Source: an uncultured Ruminococcus sp. (lineage in GTDB: Bacteria > Bacillota > Clostridia > Oscillospirales > Acutalibacteraceae). Taken from it: a stretch of DNA of 53,931 nucleotides. The notes under the pieces are model-generated. The model searched no databases, was not told where the DNA came from, and worked only from the letters and a program-made list of their open reading frames with translations. The DNA lies in NCBI GenBank assembly GCA_902801715.1, contig CADCJK010000001.1, positions 1 through 53,931 of the forward strand, read 5' to 3'. The first letter of the stretch is position 1, and every line of letters begins with the position of its first letter. Both the position numbers and the translations under genes were made by a program. This document shows positions 28,679 through 37,686 of this stretch, piece after piece.

Positions 28679-29768
28679 ACCCAAGCCGAAATTTCAGTTC
28701 AACGGGGTTATGGTCACTGTATAAAAATTGATTGTCTATGACATTCATATATGTCGGAATAACATTATCGGAAATAATAAAGCCATCAACCGTCAGGGTA
28801 AAGTTATTTTCATCATAGGGCTTGTCATCATTCCGGCATGACGGTATTGTCATACCACCTGTATAGTCTGTCAGCTTAATAAAATGTTCGGGTATCAGTT
28901 CATCGGGAAATGCCGCTGCCCATGTGTATTCTTCCGGCACTGTTTCATTGAATATCTCTTTGGAATTGCCCGTGAAATCGTGATTGAAGTCACCGCCGCA
29001 TATTACATAATTGCCTTTCTCATATTCCGCTTTCATATCGTCAAAAAGCATGGTCAACTGCTGTTTCTGCAAATCGCCTTCCACTCCGTAAGCCGATGTA
29101 TGCACATTGAACCAAACAAGTTCCTTGCCGTTTTCGACATTGGTTCTGTTTATCGAATAACAGCGGTCAAGGTCGATATATTTCGACATTCCCTCCGATA
29201 TCGGCAGACTGCGGCGAAGTCCCGACTGTATCTGCACGCTGCTCAACGTCAGCAGACCTGCATTGGAAGCTCCATGCGGCTGTGTCAGCGGATAGAACAA
29301 AAATGCCGAATGATAATTGACCGCAAGCGTATGCGACATATCCGTGAATGCACTGCATATCCGCTCAACTTCATCAACATGATAACTTCTCGTTGAATCA
29401 AAATCCACTTCCTGCAAAAGTATCACATCAGGCTTATATCGATTCAGCAAAGCAATATCACCGTCAATGCATTCGAGCACGCTTTCCTTTGACTTTGCCC
29501 ATGACTGCGTACCGCCGTCCATGAAAAATGTATAATCCTGCGTGTATGCACCAAATCCTATGTTATATATCACTGCCTGATACTCTTTGTCAAGCAGAAA
29601 TACATCGGTCTTTGACTTTCCTTCAACGTCAAGCGACTGTTTATCGTCAATTCTGCTGTAGCTTGTCACTAAATACAATACATATCCTATCACAATGAAA
29701 ATCAATACGGCGATAATTCCTGTAGGTATGAGCCACCATCTTATTTTTTTACGTCTGACACCCTTCAT
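28677..29768 (-). CDS. Endonuclease/exonuclease/phosphatase (EEP) family protein with an N-terminal TM anchor
   Basis: Motifs LLQEVD, GGDFNHDF and SDHNPV. N-terminal helix WWLIPTGIIAVLIFIVIGYVLYLV. Confidence 0.8.
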   Translation of the reverse strand: MKGVRRKKIRWWLIPTGIIAVLIFIVIGYVLYLVTSYSRIDDKQSLDVEGKSKTDVFLLDKEYQAVIYNIGFGAYTQDYTFFMDGGTQSWAKSKESVLECIDGDIALLNRYKPDVILLQEVDFDSTRSYHVDEVERICSAFTDMSHTLAVNYHSAFLFYPLTQPHGASNAGLLTLSSVQIQSGLRRSLPISEGMSKYIDLDRCYSINRTNVENGKELVWFNVHTSAYGVEGDLQKQQLTMLFDDMKAEYEKGNYVICGGDFNHDFTGNSKEIFNETVPEEYTWAAAFPDELIPEHFIKLTDYTGGMTIPSCRNDDKPYDENNFTLTVDGFIISDNVIPTYMNVIDNQFLYSDHNPVELKFRLG

Positions 29769-29796
29769 TCAATCCACTCCCTGTCTGTTGACTGCA

Positions 29797-29834
29797 ATAC
29801 AAAAACAGGACAGAATCTGAAAATCCCGTCCCGT
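29797..29834 (-). terminator. Terminator of the relB/dinJ-like gene
   Basis: On the minus-strand RNA, ACGGGAC pairs with GUCCUGU (one G-U pair), followed by UUUUUG. Confidence 0.6.
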
Positions 29835-29841
29835 TTCACTT

Positions 29842-30024
29842 TTAAACCTGTTCTTCTTCGGGCTTTTTGCGGTAAACTTTGAAAGGTATGCCGTCCTCAC
29901 GGATCACTGCCCTCAAAAACATATTCACTGCCGTTGACATATTCAGCCCGAGTTCATCAAGAACCACTTCGACGTTTTTCTTAACGTCTTCATCTACTCT
30001 GACATTCAGATTTGTACTTGCCAT
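29842..30024 (-). CDS. RelB/DinJ-family ribbon-helix-helix antitoxin-like protein, solitary
   Basis: 60 aa. NLNVRVDEDVKKNVEVVLDELGLNMSTAVNMFLRAVIREDGIPF matches the RelB/DinJ RHH pattern. It has its own promoter and terminator and no adjacent toxin ORF. Confidence 0.75.
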   Translation of the reverse strand: MASTNLNVRVDEDVKKNVEVVLDELGLNMSTAVNMFLRAVIREDGIPFKVYRKKPEEEQV

Positions 30025-30051
30025 AAAATAATCACACCCCTAACAAGTGAC

Positions 30052-30081
30052 ATTATAGCATACTATCCACCAAAATATCAA
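30052..30081 (-). promoter_or_regulatory. Candidate promoter of the relB-like gene (TTGATA-18-TATAAT)
   Basis: Minus strand reads TTGATA (30081..30076), an 18-nt spacer, then TATAAT (30057..30052). Confidence 0.5.
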
Positions 30082-30119
30082 GTGTTTTATGAAACAAAAA
30101 TGACATTTTTTATTCAAAG

Positions 30120-31385
30120 TTAAATCTTGTCAAGAGCCTGTTTGATATCTGCAATAATGTCATCTACATATTCGATTCCGACAGACATTCTGATGAGATT
30201 CGGTTTTACACCGCAATCTTCCAACTGCTGATCGTTGAGCTGTCTGTGAGTCGTGCTTGCAGGGTGCAGGGCACACGTTCTTGCATCTGCCACATGAATG
30301 ACCAGCTTTATCATATCCAGATTATCCATGAACTGCATAGCCTTTTCTCTGCCGCCCTTGACACCAAATGAAATAACTCCGCATGAACCATTCGGCATAT
30401 ACTTCTTGCAGCGTTCATAATACTTGTTGCTTTCCAGTCCCGGATAATTTACCCACTCTATTTTATCGTTACTTTCAAGGAATTTTGCAACTTTCAGGGC
30501 ATTGGCACAATGTCTTTCCATTCTCAAGAAAAGCGTTTCCAATCCCAGATTCAGCAAAAACGCATTCTGAGGACTCTGCTGAGGTCCGTAATCCCTCATC
30601 ATATGTGTAACAGCCTTTGTGATATAAGCAGCCTTGCCGAATTTTTCCGTGTATATTACTCCGTGATAGGATTCATCAGGCTCTGTAAATGCCGGGAATT
30701 TGCCGTTCGTCCAGTCAAAGTTTCCACTATCAACGACGACTCCGCCCAATGCCACCGCATGACCGTCCATATATTTGGAAGTCGAATGTACAACGATATC
30801 CGCACCCCATTCAAACGGTCTGAAATTAACGGGTGTCGGGAATGTATTGTCAACAATCAGCGGCACACCGTGTGCATGAGCCAGTTTCGCATACAGCTCT
30901 ACATCTGCAACGTCAAGTGACGGATTCGATACACTCTCTACAAATACCGCTCTTGTATTCTCCTGAAAAGCGGCATTGATTTGTTCTTCCGTTGAATCGG
31001 GTGTCACAAATGTAAAATCAATTCCCAGTTCTCTCAGCGACTTGTTGAACAAGTTGAATGTACCGCCATAGATGGCACTTGCACATACCACATGGTCGCC
31101 CGCATGACAGATATTTGTAATCGAAATCATACTTGCAGACTGTCCCGAAGCCGTCAGCATGGCACCGACACCGCCCTCCAAAGCCGCAATTTTAGCCGCA
31201 ACTGCACTCAATGTCGGATTTGCCAGACGTGTATAAAAAAATCCGTCCTCCTCCAAGTCAAACAGCTTTCCCAATGTTGCCGCAGAGTCATATTTAAAAG
31301 TCGTACTCTGTACTATCGGAATTACTCTCGATTCACCGTTTTTTGGCTCATAGCCTGCCTGTACGCATTTCGTATTGATATGCAT
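30120..31385 (-). CDS. metY: O-acetylhomoserine/O-acetylserine sulfhydrylase (PLP-dependent)
   Basis: Cys/Met-metabolism PLP family with the lysine motif HSTSKYMDGH. The ATG at 31385 after RBS AGGAGAG is preferred over the track's TTG at 31391. Confidence 0.85.
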   Translation of the reverse strand: MHINTKCVQAGYEPKNGESRVIPIVQSTTFKYDSAATLGKLFDLEEDGFFYTRLANPTLSAVAAKIAALEGGVGAMLTASGQSASMISITNICHAGDHVVCASAIYGGTFNLFNKSLRELGIDFTFVTPDSTEEQINAAFQENTRAVFVESVSNPSLDVADVELYAKLAHAHGVPLIVDNTFPTPVNFRPFEWGADIVVHSTSKYMDGHAVALGGVVVDSGNFDWTNGKFPAFTEPDESYHGVIYTEKFGKAAYITKAVTHMMRDYGPQQSPQNAFLLNLGLETLFLRMERHCANALKVAKFLESNDKIEWVNYPGLESNKYYERCKKYMPNGSCGVISFGVKGGREKAMQFMDNLDMIKLVIHVADARTCALHPASTTHRQLNDQQLEDCGVKPNLIRMSVGIEYVDDIIADIKQALDKI

Positions 31386-31478
31386 TTTCAAATCTCTCCT
31401 TTAAGTTTTTATGATATCCGCTGACACTTTCTAAAGTATCAGCGATTTTTTTGACTGCCGTTATATTATAATATTTTT

Positions 31479-33062
31479 TCAGGAAAATTGCAACATCATT
31501 TCAGCGGCTTTGATACCATCCACTGCCGCCGATACGATTCCCCCTGCATAGCCTGCACCCTCTCCGCACGGATACAAGCCTTTCACGGATACCGACTCCA
31601 TTTTTTCATCTCTCAATATTCTTACAGGCGAGGAACTTCTGCTTTCAACTGCCGTTAAAACTGCATCACCGTCTGCAAAGCCTTTCAGCCTTTTATCCAT
31701 TAAAATAATGCCCTCTCTCAGAGAATCCGCCATATATTCAGGCAAGCATATATCCAAATTTGTCAGTGTATATCCCGGCTGATAGCTTGGTATTACAGAA
31801 CCTGTTTCAACGGATTTCTGCTTTTTGAGAAAATCGCATACACGCTGTACGGGGGCATGATAATTTTCACCGCCTGCATGAAATGCCATTTCTTCGAGCC
31901 GTCTTTGAAATGCCACGCCTGCCAGTATATCCGAACTGCCGAAATCGTCAGGCGAAATTCCGACTAAAAGTGCAGAATTGGCATTGACTTTATCACGGGC
32001 AAATTCACTCATGCCATTTGTAACAAGTCTGCCATGTTCACTTGCCGCCGCAACGACACTTCCGCCCGGACACATACAGAATGTAAATACCCCTCTGCCG
32101 TTATTCAAATGCACCGCTAATTTATAATCTGCCGCTGACAAATATTGATTATTCCAGAAACTGCCGTACTGACTTTTATTAATAAGCTCCTGCAAATGTT
32201 CTATTCTCACACCCATAGCAAAAGCCTTTTGTTCCATAGCGATATTTTTATTTTTCAGCATTTCAAAAGTATCTCTTGCACTGTGACCTATCGCTAAAAT
32301 GACATTATCCGTTTCAAGCGTGAATGTTTCATTGTTCTTTTCAAGAATAACAGCATTGATTTTTCCATCTGAAAATCTGATATCCGTCAGTTTCGTTTCA
32401 AACCAATATTCACCGCCAAGTGAAATGATTTTTTCACGGATATTTTTAACAGTCGTTTTGAGCATATCCGTTCCGATATGCGGCTTTGCAAGATATAAAA
32501 TTTCCTTTGGAGAGCCGTTTGCCGCAAATTCTTCCAGGACTTTTCTGATACGCTTGTCCTTTGTGCCTGTATTCAATTTGCCGTCTGAAAAAGTCCCTGC
32601 ACCGCCCTCTCCGAACTGTACATTTGATTTTTCATCAAAGACACCGCCCGACCAGAATGTATTAACATCTTTTGTACGGCTGTCAACATCTCTGCCACGT
32701 TCAATGATAATCGGATTTTGTCCGCATTGTGCCAGTATCAAAGCCGCAAACATTCCGCATGGACCACTGCCGATAATAACAGGTCTTTTTGACAATTTCC
32801 TGCATTTCGGCAAGTCATATTTGTATTCCTCGACCAAGACGGCATTTTTGCATTTTTTGAAAACTTTATTTTCATTATCAACTTTTACATCAACTGCCGC
32901 CGTGAAATGCACGTTATCCTTTTTTCTTGCGTCAACACTTCTCTTATAAAGCGATATGTATTTTATATCTCCAACAGATATATTCAATTTTTTAGCTGCC
33001 GCTTTTTTCAGGCTTGTTTCATCATAATCAAGACTTAAAGCAACTTCATTTATTCTAATCAT
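31479..33062 (-). CDS. FAD-dependent oxidoreductase, uncharacterised COG2509-type
   Basis: Dinucleotide-binding motif VIIGSGPCGMFAALILAQ. 527 aa. Confidence 0.65.
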   Translation of the reverse strand: MIRINEVALSLDYDETSLKKAAAKKLNISVGDIKYISLYKRSVDARKKDNVHFTAAVDVKVDNENKVFKKCKNAVLVEEYKYDLPKCRKLSKRPVIIGSGPCGMFAALILAQCGQNPIIIERGRDVDSRTKDVNTFWSGGVFDEKSNVQFGEGGAGTFSDGKLNTGTKDKRIRKVLEEFAANGSPKEILYLAKPHIGTDMLKTTVKNIREKIISLGGEYWFETKLTDIRFSDGKINAVILEKNNETFTLETDNVILAIGHSARDTFEMLKNKNIAMEQKAFAMGVRIEHLQELINKSQYGSFWNNQYLSAADYKLAVHLNNGRGVFTFCMCPGGSVVAAASEHGRLVTNGMSEFARDKVNANSALLVGISPDDFGSSDILAGVAFQRRLEEMAFHAGGENYHAPVQRVCDFLKKQKSVETGSVIPSYQPGYTLTNLDICLPEYMADSLREGIILMDKRLKGFADGDAVLTAVESRSSSPVRILRDEKMESVSVKGLYPCGEGAGYAGGIVSAAVDGIKAAEMMLQFS

Positions 33063-33070
33063 AACTTCAC

Positions 33071-34279
33071 CTATTTTATGGATTTTCCGACAAGTATTCC
33101 ACTGCCAAATGCAAAATGCAGATTATATCCTCCACATTCACCGTCAGCGTCAAGCATTTCTCCGCATATATATAAATTTTTCACCGTCTTTGACATGAAC
33201 GTTTCGGGATATACATATTTTGACGTGATTCCCCCTGCACATACCTGTGCATTACTGTAATCTTCACTTTTCAAAGGCGTGAATGTGAAATTTTTCACTG
33301 CATGAGCCAATTTTTTGATATCGCTTTCAGAAAGTTCACGGCACGTTTTCTGAGATAATCCGCAAGTCTGCACAATGACCTGTGCCAATTTTTTATTCAA
33401 TGCACCCGTCAATATATCACCTGCATTTGCAAAAATCTTTCTGCACTTGAAAAGATAATCGCACAAGTGATTTTCACTGTACTCTTTCATGACATCAACG
33501 AATATTTTCGGATTTTTGCAGTCACTCACAAATCGGGATATGTCAAATACACATATCCCCGAAATGCCGTAATCCGTGAACTGAATTTCACCCTCACGGA
33601 AAATAATTTTTTCATCACCGTCAAAAAGAGTGACAGTACCTTTTGCACGGACACCTTTTAGATTTTTATATTTCTCTTTTGTCACAACAGGACAAAGTGC
33701 AGGCTTTAACGGTGTCGGATTGATACTGAAATTCTGCAAAAGTCTGTAACCGCTGTCATTTGCACTAAGTGACGATGACGCTTTTGAACCTGTCGCAAAT
33801 ACGATATTTTCAGCCTGTACAGTGATGTTTTCGGAAATGACACTGAAAAAGCCGTTATTTTTCTTTATCTGCTTTATCTCAAAACCGCATATTTCCGAAA
33901 TGCCCAATCTTTCACAATTCAATCTCATTCCGTCAAGAACGGTGGAAGCCTGATTACTGTAGGGATACACTCTGCCGTCATCTTCATCACGGAGCAAAAT
34001 TCCCATTTTCGCAAAAAATTTTTCACAGTCATTCGGTGAAAATCTCTCCAGAACGGATTTTATAATTGTTTCATCACCTTGATAATGTTCGGGTGAGGCA
34101 TTTCTGTTTGTAATATTACATCTGCCGTTGCCTGTTGCAAGGAGCTTTTTGCCGACTCTCGCCTGACGTTCAATAATAACAGTGCTGTTTTTGCCGAAAC
34201 GCTCACCGCACGTTATTGCACACGCCAATCCAGCCGCACCGCCGCCGATAATTGCCACTTTTACTCTCTTGATTTCCAT
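33071..34279 (-). CDS. HI0933/YhiN/BaiN-family flavoprotein
   Basis: N-terminal VAIIGGGAAGLACAI and C-terminal LYICGEMLDADGECGGYNLHFAFGSG, typical of this family. Confidence 0.7.
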   Translation of the reverse strand: MEIKRVKVAIIGGGAAGLACAITCGERFGKNSTVIIERQARVGKKLLATGNGRCNITNRNASPEHYQGDETIIKSVLERFSPNDCEKFFAKMGILLRDEDDGRVYPYSNQASTVLDGMRLNCERLGISEICGFEIKQIKKNNGFFSVISENITVQAENIVFATGSKASSSLSANDSGYRLLQNFSINPTPLKPALCPVVTKEKYKNLKGVRAKGTVTLFDGDEKIIFREGEIQFTDYGISGICVFDISRFVSDCKNPKIFVDVMKEYSENHLCDYLFKCRKIFANAGDILTGALNKKLAQVIVQTCGLSQKTCRELSESDIKKLAHAVKNFTFTPLKSEDYSNAQVCAGGITSKYVYPETFMSKTVKNLYICGEMLDADGECGGYNLHFAFGSGILVGKSIK

Positions 34280-34743
34280 GATTTTTGCCCTTTCCTTTTT
34301 TCACGCAATTCTCTGAAAAAATCCGACAGCATTTGAGAACATTCATTTTCAAGCACTCCGCCAATTACAACAGGCTTATGATTATACGGCAAATCGAATA
34401 AATTGATAACAGACTTGCACGAGCCTGCTTTATAGTCATAAGAACCGTAAACTAATCTTTTTATGCGTGAATTGATAATAGCCCCTGCACACATCGGACA
34501 CGGTTCCAGCGTCACATACAAATCACACTGCCATAATCTCCAGCCGCCTAATTTTTTACACGCACTGTCAATAGCCATCAATTCCGCATGATATAAGGCA
34601 TTTTTACCTGTTTCACGCTGATTAAATCCGACTCCGACGATTTCACCGTCTTTGACAATAACTGCCCCTATCGGCACTTCGTCTATTTCATACGCTTTTT
34701 TTGCCTGTTCTATGGCACATCTCATAAAATATTCATCATTCAT
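34261..34743 (-). CDS. tadA: tRNA adenosine(34) deaminase
   Basis: Zinc motifs HAELMAI and PCPMCAGA. Start ATG 34743 forms an ATGA overlap with the upstream stop. Confidence 0.85.
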   Translation of the reverse strand: MNDEYFMRCAIEQAKKAYEIDEVPIGAVIVKDGEIVGVGFNQRETGKNALYHAELMAIDSACKKLGGWRLWQCDLYVTLEPCPMCAGAIINSRIKRLVYGSYDYKAGSCKSVINLFDLPYNHKPVVIGGVLENECSQMLSDFFRELREKRKGQKSWKSRE

Positions 34744-35693
34744 TCCGCTGTACCTATCATGGAAAAAGTGCTGATAATCACCGAAAATACCACAAATACC
34801 CACAAAACAGGATTTGTGAAGATAATTTTCACTTTTTTGGCTTTCGTCAATATACATTCACCTGCTGAAAATGATAACAATCCGGATTTTTTATTGCAAA
34901 ATATGATAAGCATTACAACAAACAATAAAAGCATGGTAAATACAAATGTACCCGAAATGATACCCAACATCTCAATATCCAATATCTTTAAAAGAACTAT
35001 CATAAGCACTGAATAGGCATTATTCAGAAAATGTACAATCATTGACGGTATCAATGAACCCGATATTTTGCGTATAAAGCCCAGTAATAAGCCTACCGAA
35101 AATGCAAACAGTATTCCCGAAATCCCTGTATGCATCATGCCGAAAAACATTGATGAAATCAAAATGGCAAAGCCGTCACCGAAATCCGAAAGACTGCCCA
35201 TAACAAATCCCCTGAATGCAATTTCCTCACAAATTGCCGGTGCTACCGCTACTGCAAGCTGCATAAGCATTGTTGTATAGATATCCGTATTTTCTGCCGT
35301 AGGTATCTCACTTCCGACGGGAATAGGCAAAAATGTCGCAATCAGATTCAAAATGAAATTCACTGTCATACAGCCACTGAAACCAAATACAACAAGCAGA
35401 AAATTGTCAAGCAATCCTGTCTTTTTCTCATACTTTCTGATACAGGCTTTCATTCCGCCGCTGAATTTTGCACATATCAGCGAAACTCCCAATATTGATA
35501 TAACAGAAACTGCCGTCATTGAAAGCATATATAATGTGTAATCCTTACTCAATCCCCATATACTCATGACAAACGCCAATATCACATTCAACGAGAATGC
35601 CGCTGTACAAAAAATTGAAATGATATCTGCACTTTTTTTCAGATTTTCTTTCTGCAAAAATCTTTCATCCGTAAAATTATCTATAAAGACCAT
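34740..35693 (-). CDS. CPBP-family intramembrane glutamic endopeptidase (CAAX protease/Abi family)
   Basis: Motifs EEIAFRGF, FGMMH and HFLNN in a polytopic protein. Confidence 0.8.
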   Translation of the reverse strand: MVFIDNFTDERFLQKENLKKSADIISIFCTAAFSLNVILAFVMSIWGLSKDYTLYMLSMTAVSVISILGVSLICAKFSGGMKACIRKYEKKTGLLDNFLLVVFGFSGCMTVNFILNLIATFLPIPVGSEIPTAENTDIYTTMLMQLAVAVAPAICEEIAFRGFVMGSLSDFGDGFAILISSMFFGMMHTGISGILFAFSVGLLLGFIRKISGSLIPSMIVHFLNNAYSVLMIVLLKILDIEMLGIISGTFVFTMLLLFVVMLIIFCNKKSGLLSFSAGECILTKAKKVKIIFTNPVLWVFVVFSVIISTFSMIGTAE

Positions 35694-35699
35694 CTCCCG

Positions 35700-36947
35700 T
35701 CATATCAGGTTTGAAGCTGCAAGCATAGCACCTAATTTTCCCGTATGGAAATTCAATGCCCCCTGCATCCAGACAGCATAAGGCTCTCTCAAAGGTGCGT
35801 CTGCCGACAATTCGATTGATGAACCCAATGTAAATGCTCCTGCCGCCATGATGACTTTACTGTCATATCCGGGCATATCCCACGGCTCAGGTGTTACAAA
35901 TGAATCTATCGGGGACGCTTTCTGTATGCCACGACAAAAATGAATGAGTCTTTCCTCATTTTCAAGCATGACTGCCTGTATGATATCTCCTCTGACTTCA
36001 TTATATCGGGGCGTTACTTTATATCCCAGAATTTCATATAAAGCCGATGTGAAAATTGCCGTCTTGACAGCCTCACCCGTAACGTGCGGTGCATTGAACG
36101 CACCCATGAAAAGCTCTCTGTTATTGCCCAGTGTACAGCCGATTTCCTTACCGGTGCCGGGGGTAGTCAGTCTGTAACTGCAATCTTCCACTAATTTTCT
36201 CTTTCCGGCAATATATCCCCCTGTTGGTGCAATTCCACCGCCGGGATTTTTAATAAGAGAGCCTGCCATCAAATCCACTCCCACTTGTGCAGGCGTGATT
36301 TTTTCCACAAATTCACCATAACAGTTATCCAGCATTACAATGCAATTCGGGGCTAATTCATGTGCCAATTTCGCAATTTTGCCTATCTCATTTACCGTTA
36401 AAGTCGGTCTGAGTGAATATCCCCTTGAACGCTGTATATATACCATTTTGGTATCGGGCTTGACAGCTTTTTTGATTCCCTCAAAATCCACTGTACCATC
36501 TTCCAACAAATCGACCTGTTCATAGTTAATGCCAAACTCTTTCAATGAACCCGATGACTCGCCATTGATTCCGATAACTCCCAAAAGCGTATCATAAGGC
36601 GTACCCGTCACCGAAATCATGGTATCATTCGGTCTTAATACGCCAAACAATGCCACTGTCAATGTATGTGTACCGCTTGCAAAATTATGTCTGACAAGGG
36701 CATCTTCCGTATCAAAAACTTCCGCAAAAACTTGGTCAAGGGCTTCTCTGCCCCTGTCACCATAGCCGTAACCCGTTGAAGCCGTGAAGCAGCTTTCACT
36801 TACACGGGCATTCTGAAACGCTTTCAGCATTTTATGCTGATGATACTCTGTAATTTCGTCTGTTATGTCAAGATACGGCTTGCATAACTCCATAGCCTTT
36901 TCAGATGCTTTGATGATTCTTTCATCAATTTCATAAAATGGTGTCAT
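35700..36947 (-). CDS. Methionine gamma-lyase-family PLP protein (YnbB / aluminium-resistance-protein type)
   Basis: 415 aa from ATG 36947 after RBS AAGGAGA. Resembles the YnbB family (GYGYGDRGREALD, SLIKNPGGGIAPTGGY). Confidence 0.7.
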   Translation of the reverse strand: MTPFYEIDERIIKASEKAMELCKPYLDITDEITEYHQHKMLKAFQNARVSESCFTASTGYGYGDRGREALDQVFAEVFDTEDALVRHNFASGTHTLTVALFGVLRPNDTMISVTGTPYDTLLGVIGINGESSGSLKEFGINYEQVDLLEDGTVDFEGIKKAVKPDTKMVYIQRSRGYSLRPTLTVNEIGKIAKLAHELAPNCIVMLDNCYGEFVEKITPAQVGVDLMAGSLIKNPGGGIAPTGGYIAGKRKLVEDCSYRLTTPGTGKEIGCTLGNNRELFMGAFNAPHVTGEAVKTAIFTSALYEILGYKVTPRYNEVRGDIIQAVMLENEERLIHFCRGIQKASPIDSFVTPEPWDMPGYDSKVIMAAGAFTLGSSIELSADAPLREPYAVWMQGALNFHTGKLGAMLAASNLI

Positions 36948-37686
36948 CTTTCTTTCTCCTTTTGATATAAAACTTTCCTTTATTCTCAAATCCCATTGAT
37001 TTGTAAAAATTTTCATTTTCCAATTCGTCACGCATGATGAAAATTTTCCTGTCACTCAGTAAATGACAAAGTGCATTGACACATTGACTGCCATAGCCTG
37101 AATACCTATAATTTTTATCAGTCGCAACTGCACCTATTATTGCACACGTTTCAGACTGTGCAACAGTCATAGCCGTTGCAATCAATTTTTCACCCTCACG
37201 GATTCCCATGCATAAAGCCGTTTCATGCCGTATTTTATGCGACATATCCAAGATAAAATCCTCATAGTAAGGCACTTCAAAAGTATCACTTTTACAGCTT
37301 TGCAAAAGCCTGTAAACCTCATTTAAATTCGGATTTACTTCAGCTTTGAAATCCTGATTTGCAGAAATTTTCTCCATGACAATTCCGCTGTAACTGTCGG
37401 GAAAAATCTCCCTTTCGCACAGTATGCCTGAAAAGCCTGTTATCATTAAAAATTCTTTCAGCTCATCAAAATTGGTCTGAGCCGTTGCATAAACGGTCAT
37501 ATCTCCGTAAAATTTCGATACAGCCGTGACGGGCATATCATTTTCATACTGCACCCAAAATTCCGCAAAATCATATTGCAAGCCGTAACTTTCCAGCAGA
37601 CACGCTATTTTACACGCATATATATTTTTTTCATATATGAACGTCTGCAAATCCGAAAGCCTTGTATTATCAACGTAATAAATCAT
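36931..37686 (-). CDS. GNAT-family N-acetyltransferase-like protein (251 aa)
   Basis: The C-terminal half has an acetyl-CoA loop-like RYSGYGSQCVNAL. ATGA overlap with the upstream M42 gene and a 17-nt overlap with the ynbB-like gene. Confidence 0.55.
   Translation of the reverse strand: MIYYVDNTRLSDLQTFIYEKNIYACKIACLLESYGLQYDFAEFWVQYENDMPVTAVSKFYGDMTVYATAQTNFDELKEFLMITGFSGILCEREIFPDSYSGIVMEKISANQDFKAEVNPNLNEVYRLLQSCKSDTFEVPYYEDFILDMSHKIRHETALCMGIREGEKLIATAMTVAQSETCAIIGAVATDKNYRYSGYGSQCVNALCHLLSDRKIFIMRDELENENFYKSMGFENKGKFYIKRRKKDDTIL

Noticed and set aside
28677-30024. The RelB-like gene plus the downstream EEP-family gene as a novel toxin-antitoxin pair.
   Set aside because: A terminator hairpin with a U-tract separates them. 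The EEP protein has an N-terminal membrane anchor, suggesting an extracytoplasmic enzyme, and at 363 aa it is unlike known type II toxins.
31392-31478. Riboswitch or T-box leaders upstream of metY, serC (45672..45831), leuC (50610..50755) and hisZ (1350..1480).
   Set aside because: The distance from the candidate -10 to the start codon is only about 35-90 nt in each case. That is too short for SAM or T-box elements, and no specifier, T-box or SAM-I conserved cores were seen. The hairpin at 31416..31446 looks like a plain stem-loop.
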